From assembly GCA_002245135.1 (NCBI GenBank), contig NGBS01000002.1, positions 62,001 to 126,000 of the forward strand: a stretch of DNA of 64,000 nucleotides, in the 5' to 3' direction. This document shows positions 41,624 through 54,785 of this stretch, piece after piece. The position numbers were made by a program, and so were the translations under genes. The number at the start of each line of letters is the position of its first letter. Position 1 is the first letter of the stretch. The notes under the pieces were generated by a model. The model saw nothing but the letters and a program-made list of their open reading frames with translations. It was not told the DNA's origin and searched no databases. This DNA is from Proteromonas lacertae. Lineage: Eukaryota.

Positions 41624-42334
41624 TTATACATTTCTATTATGATATTTATTTAGTCCACGATTTAATAAAGCTATTGCTTCATCATCTCTTATAAGATCTT
41701 TCTTTGAGATTCTTTTATTACATCCAGCTACTGGACATTTCACAAAATTATCATCACTTTGACTTATTAACTGATATATGGCATCTTTTGAATATCGATG
41801 ATTTCCACTACATTTCACACTATTATAAATAAACAACATAAACATTTTGATGTATTTTAAAATACCTTTTTACTGGGTCTTTCAATGTTTGCATTGTTAT
41901 TGGACAAATTAGGTTTTCTTCACTTTCTATTACTTCCAAATCTGTTTCTCTAAATAGACTTTCAACTAATGGCCAATTATCTGACTTTGTTTCATCATAA
42001 TTATGACTTTCGACATAGATTTTAACTGATTCTTCCAATGATTTACCCTGAGTATAAATACATAATAACTATAATCATACTGATTTCATAAGATTTTCTA
42101 CTTCTGCTTTCATAGTCTGTATTTCGCCTATTCGACAGTCTTGTCGTAAAATATCTACTAAATTCATTTTCATTTCTTCTATTTGACCTTTGTATTCATC
42201 ACCTCCCTAAAACATAAAACTATAGACAGAAATACATATTGTTGAAGGAAAGTAATACCGCTTTTCAGGTTTTCAATGCATGTCTTTAAAGAGTTTCTAT
42301 AAACTTCTATTGAATTCGCATCTCTCTGGTTCAT
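41624..42334 (-). CDS. NSE2: NSE2/MMS21 SP-RING SUMO E3 ligase (Smc5/6 complex)
   Basis: LICPITMQTLKDPVK|SVKCSGNHRYSKDAI...VKCPVAGCNK; ATG at 42334; three short introns. Confidence 0.85.
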
Positions 42335-42386
42335 TCACGCAATAGAACAAAAAATATAATTGAAACGATCAAATTTTTAATAAATA

Positions 42387-43767
42387 ATGTTTTGTATTTT
42401 TAGAAGTAAATTAAGAATAAAACTGTTTAGAAATATTGTCACTCTTGGAATTGAGACAAGTTGCGATGATACTGGTGTTTCTGTTGTTGATGGCAAAAGG
42501 TTTATTTATTCAAATCTAGTATCAAGTCAATTTAATGTACACCAAGCATTTGGAGGTATATTTATAATTAATATATTTGTTGGAATAGGCGTTGTACCAA
42601 TACTTGCTGCTCGTGAACATGCAAAGAATTTACCAATATTAGTAGAGAATGCAATAAAGCAATCAAGTTTACCTAATGGAATTAATAGTATAGATGCAAT
42701 TGCAGTGACTAATGGACCTGGCTTACCACCTTGTTTAAAAATTGGTTTTAACTATGCAAAATCGATGAGTATTGAATTGAAGAAACCATTAATATGCTTA
42801 AATCATTTAGAATCACATCTAATGATAAACAGATTATTTGTATATAATACTAATTTTATTACTATTATATTTGTATAGAATAAAGAATTAGAATTTCCAT
42901 TTCTAGGGATGATTCTATCAGGAGGTCATACATTATTGTTATTATGTAAAAGAATAAATGATATGGAACTATTGGGAAGTACTTATGATGATGCGATAGG
43001 TGAATGCTATGATAAAGTAGCTAGGTTATTGAGTATATATATAATGTATTATTATGTTAAAAAATAAAATAGATTTAACTCCTAAACAAACAAAGAAGAA
43101 ATATGATCATTTTGAATTGGTCCAACCAGTTTATAAACCATCGAAATCATCATCAAATGTTGAATATAACAGCGAGGAAATAAGTAATTCAAAAGGGTAT
43201 AAACATATATTTTTAATAATAATTATTAGAAGAAGTGGAGGTAGTTACATTGAGGAACATTCAAATTTAGGAAAATATGATCCAAAATATCAATTACCCA
43301 TACCTTTATTACAAGAAAAGAGTTGTAATTTTAGTTTTTCAGGAATAAAAACAGCTGTTAATTATATGGTTAAAAATGTAGATTTAAATGATAAGAGTAT
43401 TGTGAATAACATATGTTATAATTTTGAGAAAAGTGTATTTGCTCATCTTTATAGATCGACAAAGTATTGTATAAAGATGTTAAGAGAAAGAGAAGATACA
43501 AAAGATATAAATACATTGGTGATAAGTGGAGGTGTTATATGTAATAACAATTTAAGAAGAGTTATTGATGAAAAATGGACAAAAGAATTGAAAATGAAAA
43601 TAATTTATCCACCAAAGAAAGAATATTGTAATGATAATGGTTTGATGGTGGCTTGGAATGGAATTGAACACTTTTTAAAACATGATTTCAGTGACATTGA
43701 AAAATGCGATTTTTACAGCAGATGGTCAGGTTTAAGAAATAAATTAAAGAAGAATAGAAAGATTTAG
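42387..43767 (+). CDS. OSGEPL1: Organellar tRNA t6A synthase Qri7/OSGEPL1 (TsaD family)
   Basis: LGIETSCDDTG, GG|VVPILAAREH, AVTNGPGL, NHLESH, LSGGHT, DDAIGECYDKVAR, FSFSGIKT and CNDNGLMVAW motifs; basic N-terminal extension. Confidence 0.92.
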
Positions 43768-43853
43768 ATATAATTTATAAAGATTTTAGTCATTTCATAC
43801 TTTACTTTACCAATAAATATGTATTTATATAAAAAAACATTAAGATATTAACT

Positions 43854-45913
43854 CTATTCTACTCCTTTTTGTTTTAATTCATCAGTTACTCTATCTAAGT
43901 ATGTATCATCAGGATAACCAAAATTTGTTCTATTTATGTATAAAAATAAAAAAAATATATACGGTCCACCATGAGTAGATGTTTTGTGATGAATTCCAGC
44001 CCATACAACTGTATTTGTTGCTCCTGTTGTTACTGAAGTACCAATTGTAAAGATTAATCGATAATCAAACGCTTTTCTTAATAATTCTAATACTTTTCTA
44101 CCTTGTGGACAATCAGGTAAATATGCATGACGAGATGTACCGGAATAATTAATACCATCATTATTTCTACCACTTGGAAAATAATAGGATATTTCAATTG
44201 CACCATATTTTTCATATCCAGGTAAATGAGTATTAGTAAATGAAACATTCATTGTTCCATCTGGTTGACTTCCATGAGGAGTTCTAAATACAATACCACA
44301 TAATGGACATTTGAATTGATTCTCATAAGATAATAAATTTTGTAAACATTCTTCATGATAACAATGTTCACAGGTATTTAGTTTCCATAATACATCTGAT
44401 AATTCGAAATCTAATTGACATATTGGACAGTTTGTTTGATTGTTTATATCATATACTCTTCTTGATACTTTATTAAATTCAGCTGTCTCTGATGGCGATA
44501 ATGATGAAACTGCACCTTTATCAACATGATGAACTATAATAATTATAATATGTATATTGATAATAATCTATACTCTGCATTCTATTTTCTGGAGTTATAT
44601 CTTTTATTTCTTTCTTTGTTGATGGTGGAGGAGGTTCTGATTTGGGATTTATTATGTTGAATACTCGATCAATTTTCGCTTTTTTATCTTCATGATTTGT
44701 ATTGATTGGTGCATCTACAACACCTAGCTCTTTATTTATATCATTTTCACATTCATTTATTTTATTTATCATTAATACAATATAGGATTGACATTCTAAT
44801 ATTTTATCTTGATATTTGTAGAGTTGATTTTTAGCCATAACTAAACTGAAATGATGTTGAATATAGAGTGAAGATGTTACATAACAGGGAGTAATAAGCG
44901 AAATACTAAAATGTAATTGATTCTTCAATTGAGCAACATCATTCTTTAATCTTCGAATATCAACATTCTGTTGTTTGTAATTAACAAAAGTATTATAAAG
45001 ATCTTGCGATTGGTTTCTTTTAGTTTCATAGTCATCCATCAATCGAGTGTATTCTTCTAGGAATTTTTCTTTAACATTATCATTTGTTATTTTCATAAAG
45101 TTTACAGCTGAAGCAACTGTTGATTGAGCTGGAATACCATTAGCAAAATCAACTTGAAAATCATCATAATCATCTATTTAATTTAATTAATAGTATATTA
45201 TATATACATAACATCAACGGATATGTTAAATGAACTTCGGATCTTGTAATACTCATATCATTTATATTTATTTCATAAGATATGTTGTTATTATTTATAT
45301 TTATTGATGAATATTTTTCTTCTTTCGCTTTTTCGATTAATTCACAATTTTCACTAGATAATAGAATATCACCATCTTGAGGATCACAATAATAGTATGC
45401 TATACACACATATATATATACATTTTTATCATTATATACGTTGTGAGTCATAAAGAGCTATACTGATTGGATAGGACTTACCATCAACACCAGACCAAGA
45501 CATTGATGATTTAATTTTATATAATTTTCGTGCTTCAACAAAACAATACTCTTTCATAAGACCACATTCTAAACATGCCATTTCTTCGCTCTTTCCATCA
45601 ATTGAGTAAGAAATATCAGGGCAACTGTATTTTTCTAGAGATTAACTCTATATACAACAAATTTATACTAACAATTCTATTAATAAAATAACTCTTACCA
45701 TCTACTTCAATTTCGAGAGTCTTTTTGTAATTTATACTATAAACATATTTCTGATATATTATACTTTGTATCTTTATCTTTTTCAGCAACATTTGTTTTA
45801 TACTCGAAAGATTTTATTATTTCTATTTATTTATAAGCATATAAAATACTTTTCGGTACTATAAAACTAAAATCTCTTTCTTGTAAATCTCTAATATAAA
45901 CTTTATGAGGCAT
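43854..45913 (-). CDS. Deltex-family E3 ligase copy 1 (WWE-like, coiled coil, RING-H2, DTC domain)
   Basis: RING CPICQ...CEHCYHEEC...CPLC. DTC GSQPDGTM...YSGTSRHAYLPD...FTIGTSVTTG...VVWAGIHHKT...FGYPDDTYLDRVTDELKQKGV. Starts MPHKVYIRD at 45913. Confidence 0.88.
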
Positions 45914-46304
45914 TGATGTAAAAAGATTAAAAAAAGAGAATGTTTGGCTTGAGTGTTTTTTAAACTAAATTTCTCTTTAGAATGAAATATGTAATTATAG
46001 ATACAATAATCAATGAATTTACAAATATTATAGGTTTGATTACATTTGATTGAATTATAAATCAATTGTAGTATAATGGTTTAATGTTATTAAGCTAATG
46101 ATAATATAATTGTATGAAGTGATAAAGGTCATAATAATGATAATTCTCAAGCTACAAGGAAATAGTTATGATTTTCAATGATGATATTAGTTTTAGTATT
46201 GATAAATGATTATTTGTTCTTCCATAAGGTGTATATATTCTCATTTCATACTTTACTTTACCAATAAATATGTATTTATATAAAAAAACATTAAGATATT
46301 AACT

Positions 46305-48360
46305 CTATTCTACTCCTTTTTGTTTTAATTCATCAGTTACTCTATCTAAGTATGTATCATCAGGATAACCAAAGCTAGAACTATACACATATATAAAAAT
46401 AAATAAATAAATATACGGTCCACCATATACATTTGTTTTGTGATGAATTCCAGCCCATACAACTGTATTTGTTGCTCCTGTTGTTACTGAAGTACCAATT
46501 GTAAAGATTAATCGATAATCAAACGCTTTTCTTAATAATTCTAATACTTTTCTACCTTGTGGACAATCAGGTAAATATGCATGACGAGATGTACCGGAAT
46601 AATTAATACCATCATTATTTCTACCACTTGGAAAATAATAGGATATTTCAATTGCACCATATTTTTCATATCCAGGTAAATGAGTATTAGTAAATGAAAC
46701 ATTCATTGTTCCATCTGGTTGACTTCCATGAGGAGTTCTAAATACAATACCACATAATGGACATTTGAATTGATTCTCATAAGATAATAAATTTTGTAAA
46801 CATTCTTCATGATAACAATGTTCACAGGTATTTAGTTTCCATAATACATCTGATAATTCGAAATCTAATTGACATATTGGACAGTTTGTTTGATTGTTTA
46901 TATCATATACTCTTCTTGATACTTTATTAAATTCAGCTGTCTCTGATGGCGATAATGATGAAACTGCACCTTTATCAACATGATGAACTATAATAATTAT
47001 AATATGTATATTGATAATAATCTATACTCTGCATTCTATTTTCTGGAGTTATATCTTTTATTTCTTTCTTTGTTGATGGTGGAGGAGGTTCTGATTTGGG
47101 ATTTATTATGTTGAATACTCGATCAATTTTCGCTTTTTTATCTTCATGATTTGTATTGATTGGTGCATCTACAACACCTAGCTCTTTATTTATATCATTT
47201 TCACATTCACTAACCTCATCTATCATTTTAATGTAATTATATTGACATTCTAATATTTTATCTTGATATTTGTAAACTTCATTTTTCACTTCAGTTGAAC
47301 TGAAGTAATGTTGAATATAGAGTGAAGATGTTACATAACAGGGAGTAATAAGCGAAATACTAAAATGTAATTGATTCTTCAATTGAGCAACATCATTCTT
47401 TAATCTTCGAATATCAACATTCTGTTGTTTGTAATTGTTTTGGATATTCTCAGTTTCCTTATTTTTACTTTCATAATCATCCATCAATCGAGTGTATTCT
47501 TCTAGGAATTTTTCTTTAACATTATCATTTGTTATTTTCATAAAGTTTACAGCTGAAGCAACTGTTGATTGAGCTGGAATACCATTAGCAAAATCAACTT
47601 GAAAATCATCATAATCATCTATTTAATTTAATTAATAGTATATTATATATACATAACATCAACGGATATGTTAAATGAACTTCGGATCTTGTAATACTCA
47701 TATCATTTATATTTATTTCATAAGATATGTTGTTATTATTTATATTTATTGATGAATATTTTTCTTCTTTCGCTTTTTCGATTAATTCACAATTTTCACT
47801 AGATAATAGAATATCACCATCTTGAGGATCACAATAATAGTATGCTATACACACATATATATATACATTTTTATCATTATATACGTTGTGAGTCATAAAG
47901 AGCTATACTGATTGGATAGGACTTACCATCAACACCAGACCAAGACATTGATGATTTAATTTTATATAATTTTCGTGCTTCAACAAAACAATACTCTTTC
48001 ATAAGACCACATTCTAAACAGGTTAGCTCAGTGAATCTTCCACCAATAGAATAAGAAATATCAGGGCAACTGTATGAACCTATATTGTTATGTAAAATAT
48101 AAGAATGTATACAATCCTCATCTCTATCGATAACAAAAGTCATGCCATCTACTTCAATTTCGAGAGTCTTTTTGTAATTTATACTATAAACATATTTCTG
48201 ATATATTATACTTTGTATCTTTATCTTTTTCAGCAACATTTGTTTTATACTCGAAAGATTTTATTATTTCTATTTATTTATAAGCATATAAAATACTTTT
48301 CGGCAAAATAAAGCTAATTCCTTTATCAGGAACTTCACGTAAATAGATTCTATATTCCAT
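46305..48360 (-). CDS. Deltex-family E3 ligase copy 2 (tandem paralogue)
   Basis: Same architecture, offset ~2.45 kb; starts MEYRIYLREV at 48360. Confidence 0.88.
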
Positions 48361-48663
48361 AGCTGTAAAAAAAGATAAAAAGAAAATGAAAAATGTTTGG
48401 CTCGATATTCTTTTTTTCAGATTTATGTAAACACATAAGTATTTCAATATGAATATAATAAATACAGAATTTATATTAATAGTATCAAAAATGAAGTAAT
48501 GCAGTTGTTATTTTAATACAATAATTACTGTTTATTAATCTAAACTATTAACATCATTTATCATTTATATATATACAAAAAAGTACAAAATAATTCATAA
48601 TTAATTACACAATATTATTGAAAATATATATAGATAGATTTATTGATTTATTCATTATAACAT

Positions 48664-51113
48664 TTATTGTATATCTGATAATACATATTTAACCAACTCT
48701 ACAAATTGTGTAACTTTATCTCCTTCTTCACTATTTGATTTTATAGTAACAGCTGCAGTTTGAGTTGCTTTCTGTAACATAATCAAAGCCAAATAATAAT
48801 GCTCAGAATTATCTTGACCATAGAAGAAAAATTGTAATACAGCACCTTTATCACCACTAGCCATCACAATTATACTTTGCCCTTTCATCGCTTGTACAAT
48901 TGGATCAATTTCTACTCTCGATACAGGTTGTGAGAATTTATCTGCATCTGGTAAAGATGTCCATAATGATTGGAAACTCTTCGCATCTAAGTATGGATTT
49001 GGTGTTAAATCTAAACCTCCTTGTCCTGCATCTCCACCCATCATATCTGCATCACCACCTACCATATTCATTAAATCAACATCACCACCATCACCATAAG
49101 CAACATCTCCACCTTCTTCTTCTTCAACTACTTCTTCTACGATTTCTTCCACTTCTTCTTCTTCCTCTTCTTCACCTTCATCTTCAGCTTTTTCAAATGC
49201 TAATTCTGGTACGAATAGATCTTTATCAGCTAAGAAATGACTAGCTGGCATATGATAAATTACACTCAAACTATTGAATTCTTCAAATAGAGTATTTTCT
49301 AACATCTCATCTCTATCGAAGGTAGTTTCATGCACTTCAGTTCCAACTACAGCTTTGGCAGTATCTACATCTAATTCTAATAATCTGTAATACAGTAATG
49401 CTCTATCATGTAAATCAGGTGATTTCTTATCTTCTAAAGCAGACTTTAACAATCTTCCCAACATCTTTTGAACTTCTGGTGCTCTTGCAAAGAATAATTT
49501 CATTGTACAGGTTAATAATTCTAATTTTACTTCTAATGAGTTAATATATTCATAATCATCAATAATTCCTTCAACTACATAAGGTGCTTCATCTGCTAAT
49601 TCAGGGAAATTACCCAATATCCATAAGCAAGCTGCTCTACCTTTAGGATCTTCCATTTTTCTCAATATAAATGGTGTAACAGGTACAATATCATCACATA
49701 CTGGTGGATTGTTTCTTAACAAGTCTTGGAATACACACATTGTTTCACTTCTTACATGTTCTAAATCTACATCTAAGAATTCAATCAATGTTTCAATAAC
49801 AATATCTCTGCTAGCTTCAATTGTTAAACCAACACGAGCTACAGCTCTAATTGCTTCTCTAGATACTAATTCTACAGTACCAACAACATATTCTACTAAC
49901 TCTGCACATATTTCTTCAAAGTTATCTTCATTAGCTAATAATGGTAAGATTTGAATCTTTAAACATTGAATGGAATGATGTTCATTGTATCTGATGAAGA
50001 ATTGACGATATTCATCTTGGAATGCACTTGAATCTCTTTGTAATACAACTTTTAAATGTGTTAAGATACCATATGATAAATCATAGTTTGGATTAGACAT
50101 TAAGGTCAATAATGGTTGTTTAATCACATTATATACTTGAGGTAATACTTGTGGTAAATCTTTAGTATATTTCAAATAACAATTAACAGTAGCAATCACT
50201 ACAGCTGTATTGGATTGACGAAATGCTGGTTCTAATAAGTTCATAATACTCAACATTTCTTCAGGACTAGCTGGTGTATATTTAGCAGCTAAATCTAATA
50301 CAGTTGACATACACCATTCATTGAATTCACCTAATCTGTTTAATAATGAATAGATTAAGGCTTGATCGATGGTTAATTCAACTCCTAATTCTTGAATAAC
50401 TCTAATTACATCCACTACCACTATAGCATCATCATCTTGAAGGTAATTTGGCAAAGTATCTAATAAACCAGATTCTCTTACAACTTCTTCATCAATGTGG
50501 TAAGCTTTTACTAAACCAATAATTGCACATCTTCTGACATAAGGTGAACGATCTGAGAGACAATCTCCGATTGGAGCCATCATATATTCAACGACTGTTG
50601 GTACACGAAGTGATGTTAATGATCTTATAGCTAAGCCTCTGACTAATGGATTTTCATCATGTATATCTTTTAAGAAGGTATTGATGGCTAATACTGACAG
50701 ATCTTCAGCTTGCTTTGAAGTAGCGATTAAATATTGGTAACACATCTTCTTGATAATCATATCCTTTGTGATAGCAAGGTTAACGATGTTTGTGAATAAA
50801 GGTGTTACATCAAAACCCATTGTCATGAGTTTTATTGCTTTTTGTAATAATTCTTGAGTTTTTTCAACATTCTTAAGAAGGTTTGGTTTTGCTAATTCCT
50901 ATTTAGAATACAAAAACATAAAAAAAAGTATTATACTTGTGATAATTCATTTACTTCACCCTTCTTTTTAACTACTTTCTTTACTTGTTGTGGTTGAGCT
51001 GTAGCTCCAGGTTTTTGTTGTTGATTAACATTACCCATACCAGTCATTTGTTTGCCTCCAAATTGCTGAGCACTAGCTTGTGTGTCTTTCTTAGCGAATA
51101 ACTTCTTAAACAT
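48664..51113 (-). CDS. AP4B1: Beta-adaptin, most like AP-4 complex subunit beta
   Basis: MTMGFDVT.LF...KKMCYQYL, DENPLVRGLAIRSL, EFNEW, DLHDRALLYYRLL and EFNSLSVIY; acidic hinge and C-terminal appendage; one intron near 50899-50936. Confidence 0.85.
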
Positions 51114-51248
51114 CTTTTATTTGCTTTAGTTAGTCTAAAAATTATAAAAATAGCTTTGATACTAAAATGCAGATGATTGGTTTATTTTGGATTGTTGCTC
51201 GGTTTATGGTTTTCTGATGAATTTTTCAAAATAGAATATTTCTTCTCA

Positions 51249-52345
51249 ATGAAACCTGCTATCCCACTAAAGTATATCAGTCTTGTTACTTTAATTTTTC
51301 AAAATACAACACAAGTATAACGTAGTGTGGATTTATTTCTATTTAGGTCCTTGTTATGAGATATTCAAGAATGCTACCTGGTGAAAAGTATTTAACATCG
51401 ACTGCTGTTGCTACACATGAAGTTTTAAAACTGTTAACATGTTTTGTTATCATAGCAATACAAGAAAATGGTATTCGAGGATTATTGAGAGTATTTTTCA
51501 TCAAATTTATATAATTAGAATATGAACCAAGAAATAATACAGAAACCAGTTGATACTGCATTACTTTTAATTCCTTCAGGATTATATACAATTCAAAATA
51601 ATTTGTTGTATGTAGCATTGAGTAATCTTGATGCAGCAACATATCAAGTCACATATCAGTTGAAAATATTAACAACTGCTCTTTTTTCTGTGTTATTGTT
51701 GAAAAAGCATTTAAGTTGCATACAATGGATTAGTTTAGTCATATTAGCTGTAGGTGTATCTTTAGTACAACCAATTAACAACAGTTCAATCAAAGTAATC
51801 ACAGATACTCAGAATTATGTGTTAGGTGTTACTTGTCTAATTGTTTCAGCATTAACATCAGGATTTGCTGGTGTATATTTTGAAAAACTGTTAAAAGGAG
51901 CAAAGTCTTCTATTTGGATAAGAAATATACAATTATCGACATTTAGTTTAGTTTTTTGTTTTATTGGTATTTGGTATAATGAAGGAGATATTGTTGCTAA
52001 GAAAGGTTTCTTTATGGGTTATAACTTCTGGGTATGGCTTACTATCATTATTCAAGCAATTGGAGGATTAATAGTTGCTGTTGTGGTTAAATATGCTGAT
52101 AACATATTGAAAGGATTTGCTACTTCTATTTCTATTATTTTCTCTTGTTTATATATCATTTTTTAATACTGAATTTTGAATTATATTCTTAATTATTCTT
52201 ACTATCTGTTTATTTTTTCGATTTCAGTATTACTATACTGTTTTTCTTTGGAACAATTTTGGTGGTAGTTGCTGTATTTTTATATGGAAGTAAGATACAA
52301 TGTGGGAAAGAAAATCTAGAATATAGTAAATCACATAATGTGTAG
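51249..52345 (+). CDS. SLC35A-family nucleotide-sugar (UDP-Gal/CMP-Sia-type) transporter
   Basis: LVMRYSR, YTIQNNLLYVALSNLDAATYQVTYQLKILTTA, SGFAGVYFEK and GGLIVAVVVKYADNILKGFATS. The last exon (LSVYFFDFSITILFFFGTILVVVAVFLYG) is reached only via an AT-AC intron. Confidence 0.92.
52153..52202 (+). other. U12-type AT-AC intron (50 nt) in the SLC35A gene
   Basis: 5' ATATCATTTT, branch-like TTCTTAAT, 3' TTAC. Removal restores IFSCLLSVYFF; there is no AG acceptor in the interval. Confidence 0.8.
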
Positions 52346-52645
52346 TTTAATTTTAGTTAAAATTTATAATGTATTTGTGGTGATTATTCAACTATATAAG
52401 GATAAAAACATCATTTTTAATCTATCAAGCCAAACATAAATTTTAAAATTCTTCTGTTTTAAATTTTGTGTACTTTTTTTAGGAGGTAGCATTGCTATTA
52501 TTTATCATATAACTGAAATTGAGATTATAATTAAACAACATGAGTATATTTAATTTCATTTTACACTTCAGATAATCAAATAACATCTCTTGTCTTTATT
52601 GTTATAATAATATCACAATGTCATAAAAGTATTGCAACTGATTCC

Positions 52646-54709
52646 ATGTCTTTTTACGGTTATACTACAATAAGAGAAGATGATTATGAGTTGATGTATG
52701 TTATAAACCCAACAAGTATTATATTACTTGGAAAACGATATACAAGTGATGGATACGAAACATTTAAAGCTGAAACAAAATTTTCTTCAATTACTTTAGA
52801 AAAAGGTTATTTATATCCTAAATATTATGTCAATGTATATGATGCTTATTTGACATCGTCAACATGGTGGAAACCATCCAATTATCAAATAGAATACACT
52901 TATTCAAGCTGTAATTTATATTCAAAAGAATATTCAATTACGTATATATTATTGTTGTTATCTATCTCTGTATAGTTCATTATCTAGTTATTGTTATAGT
53001 GCATACTCTTATTTTACAAATATTATTCAAAGTTACTTTACTCTTTATGAATCATTTTACATTATAGGAGAGAGTGATGTGTCATTTAAATCATCCTTTT
53101 CTATTCTAATATCAACACAATATTTTCTCATACAAAGTATTCTAAAATATGCCATATATTCTAAACAGGTGAAAGTAGTTTAAAAGATGTAATGAATAGC
53201 TTTGTGGATGATATATCAAGCGGTTCTTATTACTCAACAGGTGATTATTATTATATCAATATGTTAGATGAAATAATTGTATATTATGAAGATTATGCAA
53301 TAATTGTCTCATCATTAGACGAAGAAATATATTTTTATCCATCAACATCAGTAGAAATATATGGTATATATATCTAAAGTATATTGTATACATTATGTAT
53401 AGATGATTATGGATTATTTGATTATAGTACAGAAGTTGTAAAGTGTAGTAAAACTTCATCTAGTAGTACAAAAGGTGTATGTAGTGTTAGTAGTGAAGCT
53501 TATCCTGCTGAGGTTTTAACTCAATCAGAAGTTATTGATAAAATAACAAAAGTACTAGAACAATTGATGATAAAAATCAGCACAAAAATAGAAAATGCTG
53601 TTGACTCTTCTACATCTTCTTCTAAATCCAATAGAATGAGAGAATTATATTCAACTGATAATATTAATAATACAAATTCTCATAATTTAATAAGAAATTT
53701 AGATTATACATTTGGATGTTATTATGAAAGTGTTAGTAGCAGTAGTAGTAGTGGTAGTTATTCAGGAAGATTTGTAGATTCAAATAGGGTTGTTATTGTA
53801 GTTAAAAAAGCACATGGATGTACTTCTAGCTCATTCAAATGCTTAATGCAAGTAAGACAAGTTTATGATGTAAGTAATGTAGAATATGACTCATATTCAT
53901 CAAGTAGCAGTAATACATACACATTAACATTAACATCAATAAACAAGAAATTAAGTGGTTTAGAGTTTTCTCAATATGATGTTGATTATTATAGATCATA
54001 TTATAAATGTAATGTATATCAAAAATTCTATACTTATGGAGAAATAAGTGATTTATGTAGTGAAATTAGAGACTTTGCATTAGATCTCTTTGATTCATAT
54101 ATGTATAACAGTGTTAATGTTGTTGTTTTATCAAATTCATGTAGTAGCAGTGGATTGTCAATCTATTCTGGTAAAAAAGCAACATCGGACGAAATAAACA
54201 GATTAGTTTCAATGATAACAATTGTTTCTTATCCAATAACATCAGGAATTGTAGCAAAAAATGTACTATCAGATCAAGTTGCATGGGATTTAAATGGTAA
54301 AACAGTTACAGTTAATTATTTAGATGGTAGTACATTTGCTTCTTATTCTATTTATACATCATCTTCATCATCACTTGTTCAGTATAGTAATTACACAATG
54401 ATTGGTAGTTATTACTATTTCACAATTCCAGGAAATGATAAAGTGTGCAAATCATCTACTACACCATTCCTTTTTCTTTATAGTAATTTACCTTGTTCAG
54501 ATAAATCTCAATCAGGTAATAGACTTAAAAGGGAAATCATGAATTACATGTCGTTAACTTATGGAAATGTTATTAATTTAATAAAATCTGGCGTGGTTAA
54601 TTATAATTTACTTGAAGAATATGATGATAATACATATGATGATAATATTTCGGTAACGGTCAATCCTTTGAATATTTTATTATTCTTAATTATTTTAATG
54701 TTAATATAA
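52646..54709 (+). CDS. Ser/Tyr-rich putative surface (GPI-type) protein; true start uncertain and probably upstream
   Basis: Exons joined by 32-39 nt GT-AG introns; hydrophobic C-terminus NPLNILLFLIILMLI*. Confidence 0.55.
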
Positions 54710-54785
54710 ATATATAAATGCTATTTTTTTCTTTGGTGTGCAGATTAATGAGAATTAGATTCAAAAATATTTATTCGTTTCTATT

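Noticed and set aside
53090..53168. ATCATCCTTTT resembling a U12 5' splice site
   Set aside because: The frame reads through it, and an ordinary 32-nt GT-AG intron just downstream explains the junction.
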